Below the pieces are notes generated by a model. It did not search any database and was not told the origin of the DNA. It worked only from the letters and a program-made list of their open reading frames with translations. A program made the translations under genes and the position numbers. Below, in pieces: positions 49,575 to 60,454 of a stretch of 64,000 bases of DNA (positions are counted from its first letter, which is position 1; every line of letters begins with the position of its first letter). The stretch comes from Squalus acanthias (taxonomy: Eukaryota), in NCBI GenBank assembly GCA_030390025.1, contig CM059433.1:12216001-12280000 (forward strand), in the 5' to 3' direction.

Positions 49575-50690
49575 AATGGAGGGTTCTTTAAGGGCTACAC
49601 TCACCCCAAGTCACAGGCCTGAAGGTGTTAATGGCCTCGGTTTTTTATTTCTGTTTTCCCCTGAGCAGAGGGAGCTCTTAAATTGAAGGCACACCTCTCC
49701 CTTTAGTTGATTGAATTAGGAGAGGGGCCTTCTCCCCTCTGCTCAATGGGTACTTAATTAAAATAGATTGAGGTGCCTCTTAGAGAGAGAGGCAGAGAGA
49801 GACAAGAGACAAAGAGAGAGAGAGAGAGAGGGGGGTGGGAAGGAGGGAAGCCGCAAGGGCAGGGTCGCCACTCAGGATGGTGGGTGGGTGGGTGTTGGCA
49901 GGGGGGGTGCACTCTCCGATGTAATAAAAGTCTTTGGTTGTGGTCTTCTGGTGGGGGGAGAAGATGTCTTCACCTGGGATAGCTGGAGATGCCCAGGCTC
50001 AGTCCTGCACCAGGTCTTAACGATGCCCAATTGGATTAAATTAACTGGGGAACTTCACCTAGGCAGCTCCAGCTGTCCCAGGTCAGGCAATGGGAAAGGG
50101 GTGTTTAATATGGTGTGTGCGGCCTAGCTTTTACAGAAGCCACACACACACACGCCCCTTGGATGTTCCGGCCTTCTTCTTTTCTTCTTTCCTCCCCCCA
50201 CCTACAAAACAAAGTCTCTGGGAGAGTGCCCCAGAATCACACCCACCTGTAGCTGATGTTCTTTCTTTCCTCCCTCCTTCCAAACAGATGATGTTTGTTG
50301 TTGGTGTTGTTTTCTCCCCTCTCTCCCTCTCCTAAAATGGAGGCCAATTGAGGAGGCAGTGTGGAAAGGCCTCTCCTTTGGTGTTAATGGCCTTGGCCTT
50401 CCTTTCTTTTCCTTCTCCTCTCCTGTCCTCTCTCTCCAGGCACCTCAGTTGTAGTTGTTGGTTGTGGGTTGGTGGTGGTCTGCTGTCTGGTCTCCTTCTC
50501 CTTCTCCTCTTCCTGCTCACAGAGACCACCACTCTGCTGCTGCTTCTGCTGCTGCTTCTCAGTCAGCAGCTCCGAAAGCTTGTGATTTCAAATAAAACTG
50601 TTGGACTATAACCTGGTGTTGCTCTTTTTGGTTGGACAAATGATAAATTTACTGTAAATCAAATTAAAACTTTAAATGAAACTTAGTAAA

Positions 50691-53600
50691 TCAAATCAAA
50701 ATTTGGAAGTCCGGGGTGACGATGCACTCCAGCCCCCGCGGCGCCCACCGGTCGCGGAAAAACTCAAGCGTGCCGGCGGACACCGCGTGCTCCATCTCCA
50801 GGGCCACCCGGGCGCGAACATGGCCGCGGAAGAGAGGCAGGCAATCGGGCCGAACGACCCCCTCGACCGCCCGCTGCCTGGACCAATTAATGGCTTTCTT
50901 GGCCAGGCCCAGGAGCAGTCCTACGAGGAGGTCCTCCGACCTACCCGCTCCCCTCCGCACCGGGTGACCGTAGATCAGGAGCGTGGGGCTGAAGTGCAAC
51001 CAGAAATTGAGGAGCAGCCCCTTCAAATAATGAAAGAGGGGCTGCAACCTCTCACACTCAATATAAACGTGATAGACGGACTCCTCCAGGCCGCAGAAAT
51101 GACAAGCAGCCTGGGAGTCCGTAAACCTACTTAAAATCCTATTGCACGGGACTGCTCCGTGCAACACCCTCCAGGCCAAGTCCCCAATAGAACAAGGGAA
51201 GACTCCCGCGTAGAGAGCCTTCCAATGGGGACCTTCGCCTCCGCCGGACGGCAGGATGGTACGCCAAGGCGTGTCCGGACGGCAGACGAAGATGGCAAAG
51301 TGGAGAGTGTGCAGGAGCAGCCCGTACAGGAAACGCCTCCGTGCGGATTGAAAGGGCACGGAGGGCATTTCTCCGAGAAGGCTCAAGTGGTGAGGCGGCG
51401 GCTCCCGAGGGAGGATTCGGGGCCGGGCGCCGATCAGGAATTCCGTCCGAACGGGGGTCAGTTCGGACGGGATCGCCCCACGTGCTTGAGCCTCCTCGAC
51501 ACACCTAGTGGAGACGGGGCCCAGTGCCACTTTTAGCGACTCGATGGCTTTGACCGCGAGCCGGACGTTGACCCAAGACATGCGCCTCGCCAACTCCTCC
51601 GGCGCCATCCAGCCCGCTCCTCCGCCATCGAGCAGGTCCCCGACTCTGGTCACCTTACCGGGCACAGCCCTGCCCTCCGCCAGCCAGCCGAACCCGCGGT
51701 CGTGGAGGTGCGGATTCCTGAACAGCGGCTCCCGAAGGACGGCCGCCGCTCCTGACGGGGGAGAACTGCGCTCGGAGGCGACGCTGTTCCAAACCCATAG
51801 CAGTTCCTGGTAGAAGACAGGCAGCTCCCGCAGGCTGGCACGCGTGCCACCCACTCTCACAAACAGGAGCTGCGTGTCGTAATTGAGGCCGTGCAGCTGG
51901 CGGAAGAAATACGTCGCCAGCGCACGCCACCTAGGAGGATTCTCCACGTACAGGTATCTCTGCAGCGTCTGAAGACGGAAAGTCGCCGCCTGGGTGCGAA
52001 GGCACACCAGCGCCTGACCGCCCTCCCTAAGCGGGAGACTCAAAACCGCGGCAGAGACCCAGTGCTTCCTTTTGTCCCAGAAGAAGTCGACGAGCTTCTT
52101 CTGCATCTTGGCGACAAACGCAGGGGGAGGGATCAAAGTGACCAACCGGTACCACAACATGGCGGCCACCAGCTGGTTTATGACCAGCGCTCGACCCCTG
52201 TAGGACAACACTCGGAGCAGTCCTGTCCAGCGCCCTAGGCGAGCGGTGACTTTGGCCTCCAGCTCTTGCCAGTTCGCCGGCCAGGCGTCCTCGGCCGGGC
52301 TGAGGTAGACTCCCAGGTAGAGGAGGTGCGTGGTGCTCCAGGCGAAAGGCCCGAACTCCTCCGGCAGGGAGTCCACCCGCCATGGGCCCACCAGGAGTCC
52401 AGAACATTTCTCCCAGTTGATCTTGGCGGAGGATGCGTCCGAGTAAATCTGCTGGCATTCTCGCATCCTCCGCAAGTCGACGGGATCCGTGACCGCGAGG
52501 AGCACGTCATCGGCGTAAGCCGAGAGGACCACCTCCACGCCCGGCCCTTGCAGAGCCAGTCCCGTCAACCTCTTCCGCAAGAGGCGCAGGAAAGGCTCCA
52601 CGCAAACGGCGTATAACTGACCGGACATGGGGCATCCCTGACGCACCCCCCTCCCGAAGCGAAGGGGCGCCGTCAAAGACCCGTTAACTTTAATGAGACA
52701 CTCCGCGGCGGCGTACAGAAGTCGGATCCGGGCGACGAAATGCGTCCCGAACCCAAATGCGCGCAGAGTCCCGAAAAGATACTCGTGATCCACCCTGTCG
52801 AACGCCTTCTCCTGATCCAGGGAAAGGAAGGCGACCGACAGACCAGCCCTCTGGGAATGGTGGACCAGGTCCCGGACCAGATGGATGTTATCGTGGATAC
52901 TCCGGCCCGGGACCGTGTAGGACTGGTCGGGGTGGATCATGCGGGCCAGCACGGTGCCAAGGTGAGCAGACATAGCCCTGGCGAAAATTTTGTAGTCCGT
53001 GCTGAGGAGGGAGACCGGGCGCCAGTTCTTAAGTAGGCGGAGATCGCCCTTCTTGGGCAGCAGGACGATGACCGCCCTGCGCCAAGAGAGGGGCATCTCC
53101 CCGGTCGCCAGACTTTCCCCCAGGACCCGCGCGTAGTCGTCCCCCAAGACGTCCCAGAACGCCCTGTGGAACTCCACGGTCAGCCCGTCCAGCCCCGGGG
53201 ACTTGCCCCTCGAGAGCTGGCGCAGGGCGCCGGTCAGCTCCGCCAGGCTTAGCGGAGCTTCTAAATTCTCGGCGCCCTCCGGGCCGACCTTCGGCAGGTC
53301 CTCCCACAAAACTCTGCGCGCATCCTCGCTGGACGGATCCGAAGAGAACAGAGCCCCGTAATAGGCCCGGGCCTCCGCGCTGATGCCCTCCGGATCCGAG
53401 ACCAGAGATCCGTCGTCGGCCAGCAGCCCCAAGAGCTGCTTACGGACCCCCCGTCTTTTTTCCAGCGAGTAGAAGAAGGGGGAGCCGCGGTCCAGGTCCC
53501 GCAGGAACTGGATCCGCGACCTCACGTACGCGCCTCGGGACCCGACCAGCTGCAGGTCCTTCAGCGCGCCCTTCTTCTCTTCGTACACCTTCCGCAGGGC

Positions 53601-54590
53601 CGGGTCCTCGACGACTTGACCGAGACGGGACTCCAGGTCGAGCACTTCTTTCTCCAATCGCCCGACCCGGGCCTCCCGCCTCTTGGTCGACCCCTTCGCG
53701 TACTCCTGACAGAAAACGCGGACGTGAGCCTTGCCCACGTCCCACCATAGCCTCAAGGAGGGGAAGCCTCCCCGCTTCCTTCTCCAGTCGGCCCAGAACC
53801 GGCGAAACGAATCCCGGAACCGCGCGTCCTCCAGCAGCAGGTTGTTAAAATGCCAGTACGCGGACCCCCCCCGCGCGCGCAGCGGAGCGAGCTCCGCCCA
53901 CACCAGGTGGTGGTCCGTGCACGGCACCGGCCGCATGGAAGCCGCCGGAACGCAGGAGACGTACGCCCGGGAAATGTAAAGGCGGTCGATTCTGGACCTT
54001 CCTCCTCCAGACCTCACGCTCGTGAAGGCGCTGGAGTCGGGATGGAGATTTCGCCAGACGTCCACCAAGTCGAAGGACCCGACCAGGTCCCGCAACTTCT
54101 CCATCGCCGCCGGGCTTCGCGGGGGACCCGACCGGTCCCGCGCCTCGAGGGTACAATTGAAATCCCCCCCGAGGATGACGCACTCGCCCACGTCGATGGA
54201 GCCCAGAAGAGCGGACACTTCTCCGAAGAAGCGCACTTGCTGCGCACCGGTCCGGGGGGCGTACACGTTCACTAAATGGAGCGGCACGCCTCCCAGGCGA
54301 ACAGTGACCTGGAGCAAGCGGCCCGGCACGTGCTCCTTGACCCTCAAGATCTCCGGCTGAAAATGCGGGGCCAGCAAGACAGCCACCCCGCAGGAATTGT
54401 TAGAGAGGTGACTCATGCTGACCCCTCCTTGCCACTCCAGGAGCCACGTGGCCTCGTCTCCCGGAACGGTGTGGGTTTCTTGCAGGAAGCACACCGCATA
54501 TTTCCCGTCCCGAAGGACCGAGAAGTTATTGAATCTACGGCGCGCCTCCCTGCTGCCGTTGATGTTGAGGCTGGCTATGGTTATCTTCAT
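50691..54590 (-). CDS. Tx1 ORF2 of copy B, intact
   Basis: Same length and motifs as copy A; five amino-acid differences seen (S/G, R/H, Q/R, M/T, I/V). Confidence 0.95.
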   Translation of the reverse strand: MKITIASLNINGSREARRRFNNFSVLRDGKYAVCFLQETHTVPGDEATWLLEWQGGVSMSHLSNNSCGVAVLLAPHFQPEILRVKEHVPGRLLQVTVRLGGVPLHLVNVYAPRTGAQQVRFFGEVSALLGSIDVGECVILGGDFNCTLEARDRSGPPRSPAAMEKLRDLVGSFDLVDVWRNLHPDSSAFTSVRSGGGRSRIDRLYISRAYVSCVPAASMRPVPCTDHHLVWAELAPLRARGGSAYWHFNNLLLEDARFRDSFRRFWADWRRKRGGFPSLRLWWDVGKAHVRVFCQEYAKGSTKRREARVGRLEKEVLDLESRLGQVVEDPALRKVYEEKKGALKDLQLVGSRGAYVRSRIQFLRDLDRGSPFFYSLEKRRGVRKQLLGLLADDGSLVSDPEGISAEARAYYGALFSSDPSSEDARRVLWEDLPKVGPEGAENLEAPLSLAELTGALRQLSRGKSPGLDGLTVEFHRAFWDVLGDDYARVLGESLATGEMPLSWRRAVIVLLPKKGDLRLLKNWRPVSLLSTDYKIFARAMSAHLGTVLARMIHPDQSYTVPGRSIHDNIHLVRDLVHHSQRAGLSVAFLSLDQEKAFDRVDHEYLFGTLRAFGFGTHFVARIRLLYAAAECLIKVNGSLTAPLRFGRGVRQGCPMSGQLYAVCVEPFLRLLRKRLTGLALQGPGVEVVLSAYADDVLLAVTDPVDLRRMRECQQIYSDASSAKINWEKCSGLLVGPWRVDSLPEEFGPFAWSTTHLLYLGVYLSPAEDAWPANWQELEAKVTARLGRWTGLLRVLSYRGRALVINQLVAAMLWYRLVTLIPPPAFVAKMQKKLVDFFWDKRKHWVSAAVLSLPLREGGQALVCLRTQAATFRLQTLQRYLYVENPPRWRALATYFFRQLHGLNYDTQLLFVRVGGTRASLRELPVFYQELLWVWNSVASERSSPPSGAAAVLREPLFRNPHLHDRGFGWLAEGRAVPGKVTRVGDLLDGGGAGWMAPEELARRMSWVNVRLAVKAIESLKVALGPVSTRCVEEAQARGAIPSELTPVRTEFLIGARPRILPREPPPHHLSLLGEMPSVPFQSARRRFLYGLLLHTLHFAIFVCRPDTPWRTILPSGGGEGPHWKALYAGVFPCSIGDLAWRVLHGAVPCNRILSRFTDSQAACHFCGLEESVYHVYIECERLQPLFHYLKGLLLNFWLHFSPTLLIYGHPVRRGAGRSEDLLVGLLLGLAKKAINWSRQRAVEGVVRPDCLPLFRGHVRARVALEMEHAVSAGTLEFFRDRWAPRGLECIVTPDFQILI

Positions 54591-54615
54591 CTCAGAAGCA
54601 TAGTGCAACCTCTAC

Positions 54616-56772
54616 CTAACGGAGGGGAGGGAGCGCGGTCACTGACGACCGCCACTCCCTCAGCAGCCCAGTGTGGAAACTTTTGAGCCGACGCAGCTCG
54701 AGCCGGCCAACGTCCTTGTCCGCGCCCATGATTTTAACGGCGGCGCGGACGGACACGACGAGCAGCGCCAGCTCCGACCACTTGTCGAGGGCCAGCCGGA
54801 TCTTCTTGTGACGACCCTGGCTCACGGCCATAAAATCCCGGAGTTCCCCTACGGGGATGAGGGGAGAGTCGGTGAAGGGCACGAGGGCGTCCATCACCTC
54901 GTTGCCGATGGACTCCAAATCGTCCTCGATGCCCCCCACCGAGTCCCCGTCCTCCTCCGGGAGGTCGTCACCGGCGGCCGACCCGTCCGTCACACAGGGT
55001 GCAGCGAACGGCTCGGCCGCACCGGCCGGCCCCGCCTCCGTCACGATCCCACCCCCAGGATCGGTGGCAGAGGAGTCCACCCTGGGCTCCTTCAGGGGCG
55101 CCGGGCCGGGAGGCGGCGGCGGTGGTTCGGGGCCCCCCCCCGCCTCAGGCGCCGGGGCGACCGGAGAAACCGGGGAGAAAATAATCCCAAATTCCTCCAG
55201 CACGTCCGGCGCCAACAACAGAGACGGAGTCAGGGGGCTTTCCGTCTCCCCGCCACCAACCTCCGACCCAGCGGGCTGGGGATTGTTAAAGTCCTCCACC
55301 AGGTCGAGCAGTCCCTGGGAGATATCTGGATTGTAAAAGGCGGGCTCGGCTTCAGCCTCTTTGGCCTCGCCCGCCCCAGTCCCCAGGACGCCCGACCCGG
55401 CGAGGAGCAACGGTTCAGGTTCTACATTTCCCTCCGCGGGTTGTTCCGCGCCCCCCCCCACGGGCAGGGTCTCTTCCCCATCCCCGGGAGGCACAGGTCG
55501 GACAGACTCGGCTGTCTCACCCTCCCGAGGGACAGACGACCCCTGCCGATCGCGCGCGACGATGACGGTGGTGGGGTGGGGCGCAGCACCCGCGGCGGGC
55601 GACTGCCCCCCTTTTGCGGAGGGACCTTCCTCCTCGCAGTCCTCCTGCTGGGGGCGGAGCTTTCTTTTTAACAAGTTGGGGCCCGGAGAGGGGGAGGCCT
55701 CCATGTCTGCTGGGGCCTCCCTCTCTGCCCCCTTCCGACGACTGGGTTTCTTGGGCCCCTCGGGCCCGAGCCCGGCCGCAGGTCTTGATTTAGCCGCCTC
55801 GGCGGTTGCGGTCACGGTCACGGGCCCGGGCACGAGGACCCCCCCAGTCTCATGCGTCCCGACCAACTCCGCGATATACTCGGGCGTGAGTTCGGTCAAT
55901 TCCGATGTTTCCTCCGCGAGGGGATCCGCCCTTAGGTGTTTAGTTTTCCTACGCGCCTTCCTTCCCCCCGGACGCTCTCCCTCCTCCCCGCCGGAGGCCG
56001 TGGTGGTGTTGGCCTCCGATTGCGACCGCGCATCCGTCGCCGTCGACGCGCGGACAGTATCAGGGGGAGGGGGGGCGGCGGCGCCAACCCTGGCCGCGCC
56101 AGGTGTCGTGGCGGCCTTGGAGGCGGGTCAGTTTTTGCGGACGTGCCCCACCTCCTTACAGGCGTAGCACCGCACGCCGTCCGAGGTCCAGAAGACGCGG
56201 TGGGCGGTCCCCCCGTGGAGCACCGTGAACGCGCCGTCCGCGTCCTCCTCCCGCGCCAGCCGGACGAAAAGCTGGCGCCGGAAGGAGAAGACGTGCCGAA
56301 GGCTGGCTTCCCGGAAGCCGAGCGGGATGGGTGTGATCCCCGACCTCACCTCCCCCAGTTGACGTAGGTGGGGGAGGAGGAGCTCACCCGGAACAAAGGG
56401 CGGGACGTTGGAAACCACAATCCTTTGCGCGGTGGCCTCAAGGGGGTCCACCGGCAGGAAGGTCCCGCCCACGGTGAGCCCCTTCTCGATGGCCAGGGAC
56501 ACCGCCCGCTCCGACCCCAGGAAGAACACAGCCTTGCCGTACATTTTAGAGGCGGCGACGATGGCTGAAGGGCCGACAACCCCAGCCATGGCTTTAACGC
56601 ACGCCTCTATAGTCATGTTGGGGTGAGTGTAGCTCTTGACCCCATTCTTCCTCGTAAGGAGGGTAAAAGGTGACGGGGTAACAGGAGGACTCGTGGCTGC
56701 GGCCGTGGCCGCGGCTGCCACGCTTGCGTATGTCCTCGCTGCCCCCGCCACCGGCGAAGATGTGGTCGCCAT
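54616..56772 (-). pseudogene. Tx1 ORF1 of copy B, interrupted by a premature stop
   Basis: TGC to TGA at 56128-56130 replaces the last Cys of the CCHC knuckle; the frame is otherwise open. Confidence 0.9.
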
Positions 56773-59700
56773 AATGGAGGGTTCTTTAAGGGCTACACTC
56801 ACCCCAAGTCACAGGCCTGAAGGTGTTAATGGCCTCGGTTTTTTTTATTTCTGTTTTCCCCTGAGCAGAGGGAGCTCTTAAATTGAAGGCACACCTCTCC
56901 CTTTAGTTGATTGAATTAGGAGAGGGGCCTTCTCCCCTCTGCTCAATGGGTACTTAATTAAAAGTAGATTGAGGTGCCTCTTAGAGAGAGAGGCAGAGAG
57001 AGACAAGAGACAAAGAGAGAGAGAGAGAGAGGGAGGGGTGGGAAGGAGGGAAGCCGCAAGGGCAGGGTCGCCACTCAGGATGGTGGGTGGGTGGGTGTTG
57101 GCAGGGGGGTGCACTCTCCGATGTAATAAAAGTCTTTGGTGGTGGTCTTCTGGTGGGGGGAGAAGATGTCTTCACCTGGGATAGCTGGAGATGCCCAGGC
57201 TCAGTCCTGCACCAGGTCTTAACGATGCCCAATTATATTAAATTAATTGGGGACTTCACCTAGGCAGCTCCAGCTGTCCCAGGTCAGGCAATGGGAAAGG
57301 GGTGTTTAATATGGTGTGTGCGGCCTAGCTTTTACAAAAGCCACACACACACACACACACACCCCTTGGATGTTCCGGCCTTCTTTTTCTTCTTTCCTCC
57401 CCCCACCTACAAAACAAAGTCTCTGGGAGAGTGCACCAGAATCACACCCACCTGTAGCTGTTGTTCTTTCCTTCCTCCCTCCTTCCAAACAGATGATGGA
57501 TGTTGTGTTGTTTTCTCCCCTCTCTCCCTCTCCTAAAATGGAGGCCAATTGAGGAGGCAGTGTGGAAAGGCCTCTCCTCTGTTGTTAATGGCCTTGGCTT
57601 TCCTTTCTTCTCCCTCTCCTCTCCTGTCCTCTCTCTCCAGGCACCTCAGTAGTTGTGGTTGTTGTTTGTTGGTGGTGGTCTGCTATCTGGTCTCCTTCTC
57701 CTTCTCCTCTTCCTGGTCACAGAGACCACCACTCTGCTGCTGCTGCTCACCACAAGCTTGTGATTTCAAATAAAGCTGTTCGACTATAACCTGGTGTTGT
57801 GCGACTTCTCACTTTTATCTTTAATAAAGTACTGCTGCCTGGATCAGCTGGCCCTGACAAATGTGCCTACTTGCTGCAAGCTCACTAGGAAGGCGAAAGT
57901 GATGAGAGTTTGGGACGGATGACATCATCGTGTCCTAATTCTGAGATTTGCAGCTGTGGACTTTTGAGAGGTTGGGCACTTCCTCAACCTGCACTCACAC
58001 TTGCTGGAATTTATCTCTCAGCACAAATGGGGCAGAAAATGGACATGTCTTAGCAGGTTATCCTCAAATAGCACAGCCTCCCTTTCTCTCTTTTGCACTC
58101 TCTGGCTCTTGTACACGTGCCCTTATTATTGTCTCTGTACATCTCTGTTTACCTCTTAACTTTTCCCCTCACACTTTCGATCTCACCCTTGCTGTAAATC
58201 AGTCCTCTCCTCTATCTTTGTTCTCCTTTCTCCATGTTGCTCACTGTGTTGCAACACATCTTGCACAACCTCCTTTACTGATTTTTGCTGAATTTGTACA
58301 TTTACCATTTATAAAGCGACAATGTTCAATATGAGAATCAAAATGTACCTGGCCAAAGCTGAGAATGTGGGTCAGAGAGGGAGAAGCCCATTCAGTAGGT
58401 GCTGCACTCGTTTAAGAGAAATTGGGAGTTCGGACCTCGGCTGGGAGGGCCAGGCTGCTAGGAAGCTGCCCAGGAGGGCGGTGGATGGAGTCTGGCACAA
58501 GTGGATTCAAAACCAAAGCTGTGACTGCAGCTGGCATATGCAGGAAACACTGTGATGTATGTGGACTAGGGAGCAAATAGAGTTTTTGATGCTGGCCTCT
58601 TGTGTTCAGGAGGTGGGGAACATTGCTAGCATCTGGCTGTAGTATAGGGAACAACTTTAGTTCTTGAAAATTCTGCCCCGCAGCAGTTCCCCCCGCCACT
58701 GCCCCCCTCCCCCCACCACCCACTGGTGCACATTGTTCCCGGGGGATTGGCTCCTTGCTTGTCTGGAAAACTGAATTTTTGGAGGAAGTCCTATCTCTCC
58801 TTCCCTCAACCTGGTCCCCAGTTTACAGAGGCACTCTTCCCCACTAACCCACCCCAGGTTCACGGGAGCAAGCTTCACCATCCATACCTTCCGCCCGTAA
58901 ATCACAGTGGCATTCATCGCCCTCTTAAACCCCCTCCACCAGTTCACAGAGACACTCTTGATACTCCCAGTCCCAAAGGTCAAAGCAATCAGACAAACTA
59001 ACAAAGACATCGAGTGAAGGCAAAATCAACTGACCTCAATTGAATTGGAGCCACTAGCCTCAGAACAACATCTCAACCAGTTGACTATACACTTAGCACC
59101 GACTGAAATACAACAAACTAAAAATAGACGTTGACAGCAAAAGTCTGCAGAAAACATTTGAGAACACAGCAGACAAAGTGACTACAAATGAGGCTAGACA
59201 GGTGCTGAATACTTAAAGTCTACTATTGTAGAAAGCACAATTGTCCAAAAATCTGACACCATTTCTAATCCCTAAAATAGAATGAAGATGCTGCAGAATG
59301 AAGCTGAGTCATTATCGATGCAAGTCCTAAACCTGAGTTATGAAAGAGACTGGTGAATAGCTGTGACAACAATCAGAAAGCCTCGGAAGAAAGAGAACAT
59401 AAATGAATCATGCTGCCGATCTCAGCTCCTCCTTGTACCTGATGTTATTGTTTCACTCCAGGAGCAGACTGGTGCGCACAGGAATTACTGATCTGGCAAA
59501 AACTACAGTGACCAGGAGTTCCCACTTGCAGCACACGACAGAGGATCTGCTCTCTGAATGAAAGAACATCGGTACAAAGTATGAGGGAGGAAGGGAAGAG
59601 AGCAGAGCAGCAGCCCTGGGTTGGGCCTTGGTGGGATTGGGGAGAATGGAACCAGCCAGGGCAGGAGCACTCAGACTAGGTCACCTTGGTTGGAAGGCAG

Positions 59701-60454
59701 CATAGCTTGAGGGCTCGGAGTCAAAGGTTTTGAAGAGCAGAGCTGGGACATTTGAGGCGGGCCCAGAAGGGAGTAGAGACCAGATAGATTGGGCACAATA
59801 CCCTTTACAGAGGATTAACAGGAGGAGGTTAGGAAAGTATCAATGCAGCTGATCACTGGTTGTATTTTATCCAGTGATCTAATTGTGCCATGATGACCAT
59901 GTGACCTAATAGGGTGACTTTTCGGAACCTTGTGACTAAGCATTCCCCAAGCGCATGGGTCCATTGGTGCCCAGAAAAGCCTCATGCTGTGACCTGCTCC
60001 CAAACCCTCACTGATCAGAAGAAGGGCCTGGGGGGGGTGGGGGGAAAGGCTGAAGATGCTTAGGTAGCCCTGAGCCTTTATTTTTCGCTCTTCCACCCGC
60101 CCCCGCCCCAGAAGTTTAAACTACAACCAGGACCTTCTTGCTGTTGATTTCCATCATCATGCTGAAGGTCCCGATCACCGAGGCCAGAGAGGCCTGCAGC
60201 TGCCTCTGAATTTACTGGCCCCTACCATCGGCGCTAGGCCCGGCCAAGGAGTGGGCCTGCTCTGGAACTGCTACCAGGATATTTAAATGGCTCGGGACAG
60301 GTATTAGGGACAATCCTGGGGCTGGACTTCAGGCTCCCTGCTCTTGCTTATATTCCCAGGCAGAAGGAGGCCCAGGAATATTGGCTCTCATGGACAAATC
60401 AGCAATGTTAAAGACTCACCACAATCTTACAATATTATATTACAGATACAAAGA

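Larger units (their letters stand above)
43432..50568 (-). mobile_element. Full-length Tx1-clade non-LTR retrotransposon, copy A, both ORFs intact
   Basis: ~1-kb 5' UTR, ORF1 with a CCHC knuckle, ORF2 APE-RT-zinc finger, short 3' UTR ending CCAAAAAGA; CpG-rich. Confidence 0.93.
50622..57753 (-). mobile_element. Full-length Tx1-clade retrotransposon, copy B, with a nonsense mutation in ORF1
   Basis: Colinear with copy A over ~7.1 kb. Confidence 0.93.
43247..57813. mobile_element. Penelope-like inverted-repeat element split by two Tx1 insertions
   Basis: Left part 43247-43431 and right remainder 57800-57813 match the 11201-11411 element. A 14-bp TSD TTTATCTTTAATAA at 43233-43246 and 57814-57827 brackets the whole 14.6 kb. 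Confidence 0.9.

Noticed and set aside
43432..57753. Tandem copies as a simple segmental duplication or assembly error
   Set aside because: The copies have different 5' junctions, different duplication lengths and clustered substitutions. Long-read confirmation is still desirable.
43379..57799. Direct repeats at element ends read as LTRs or a CRISPR-like array
   Set aside because: The repeats are host target sequence, also present in the empty element at 11.3 kb. The enclosed units encode APE-RT with no integrase, and the DNA is eukaryotic.
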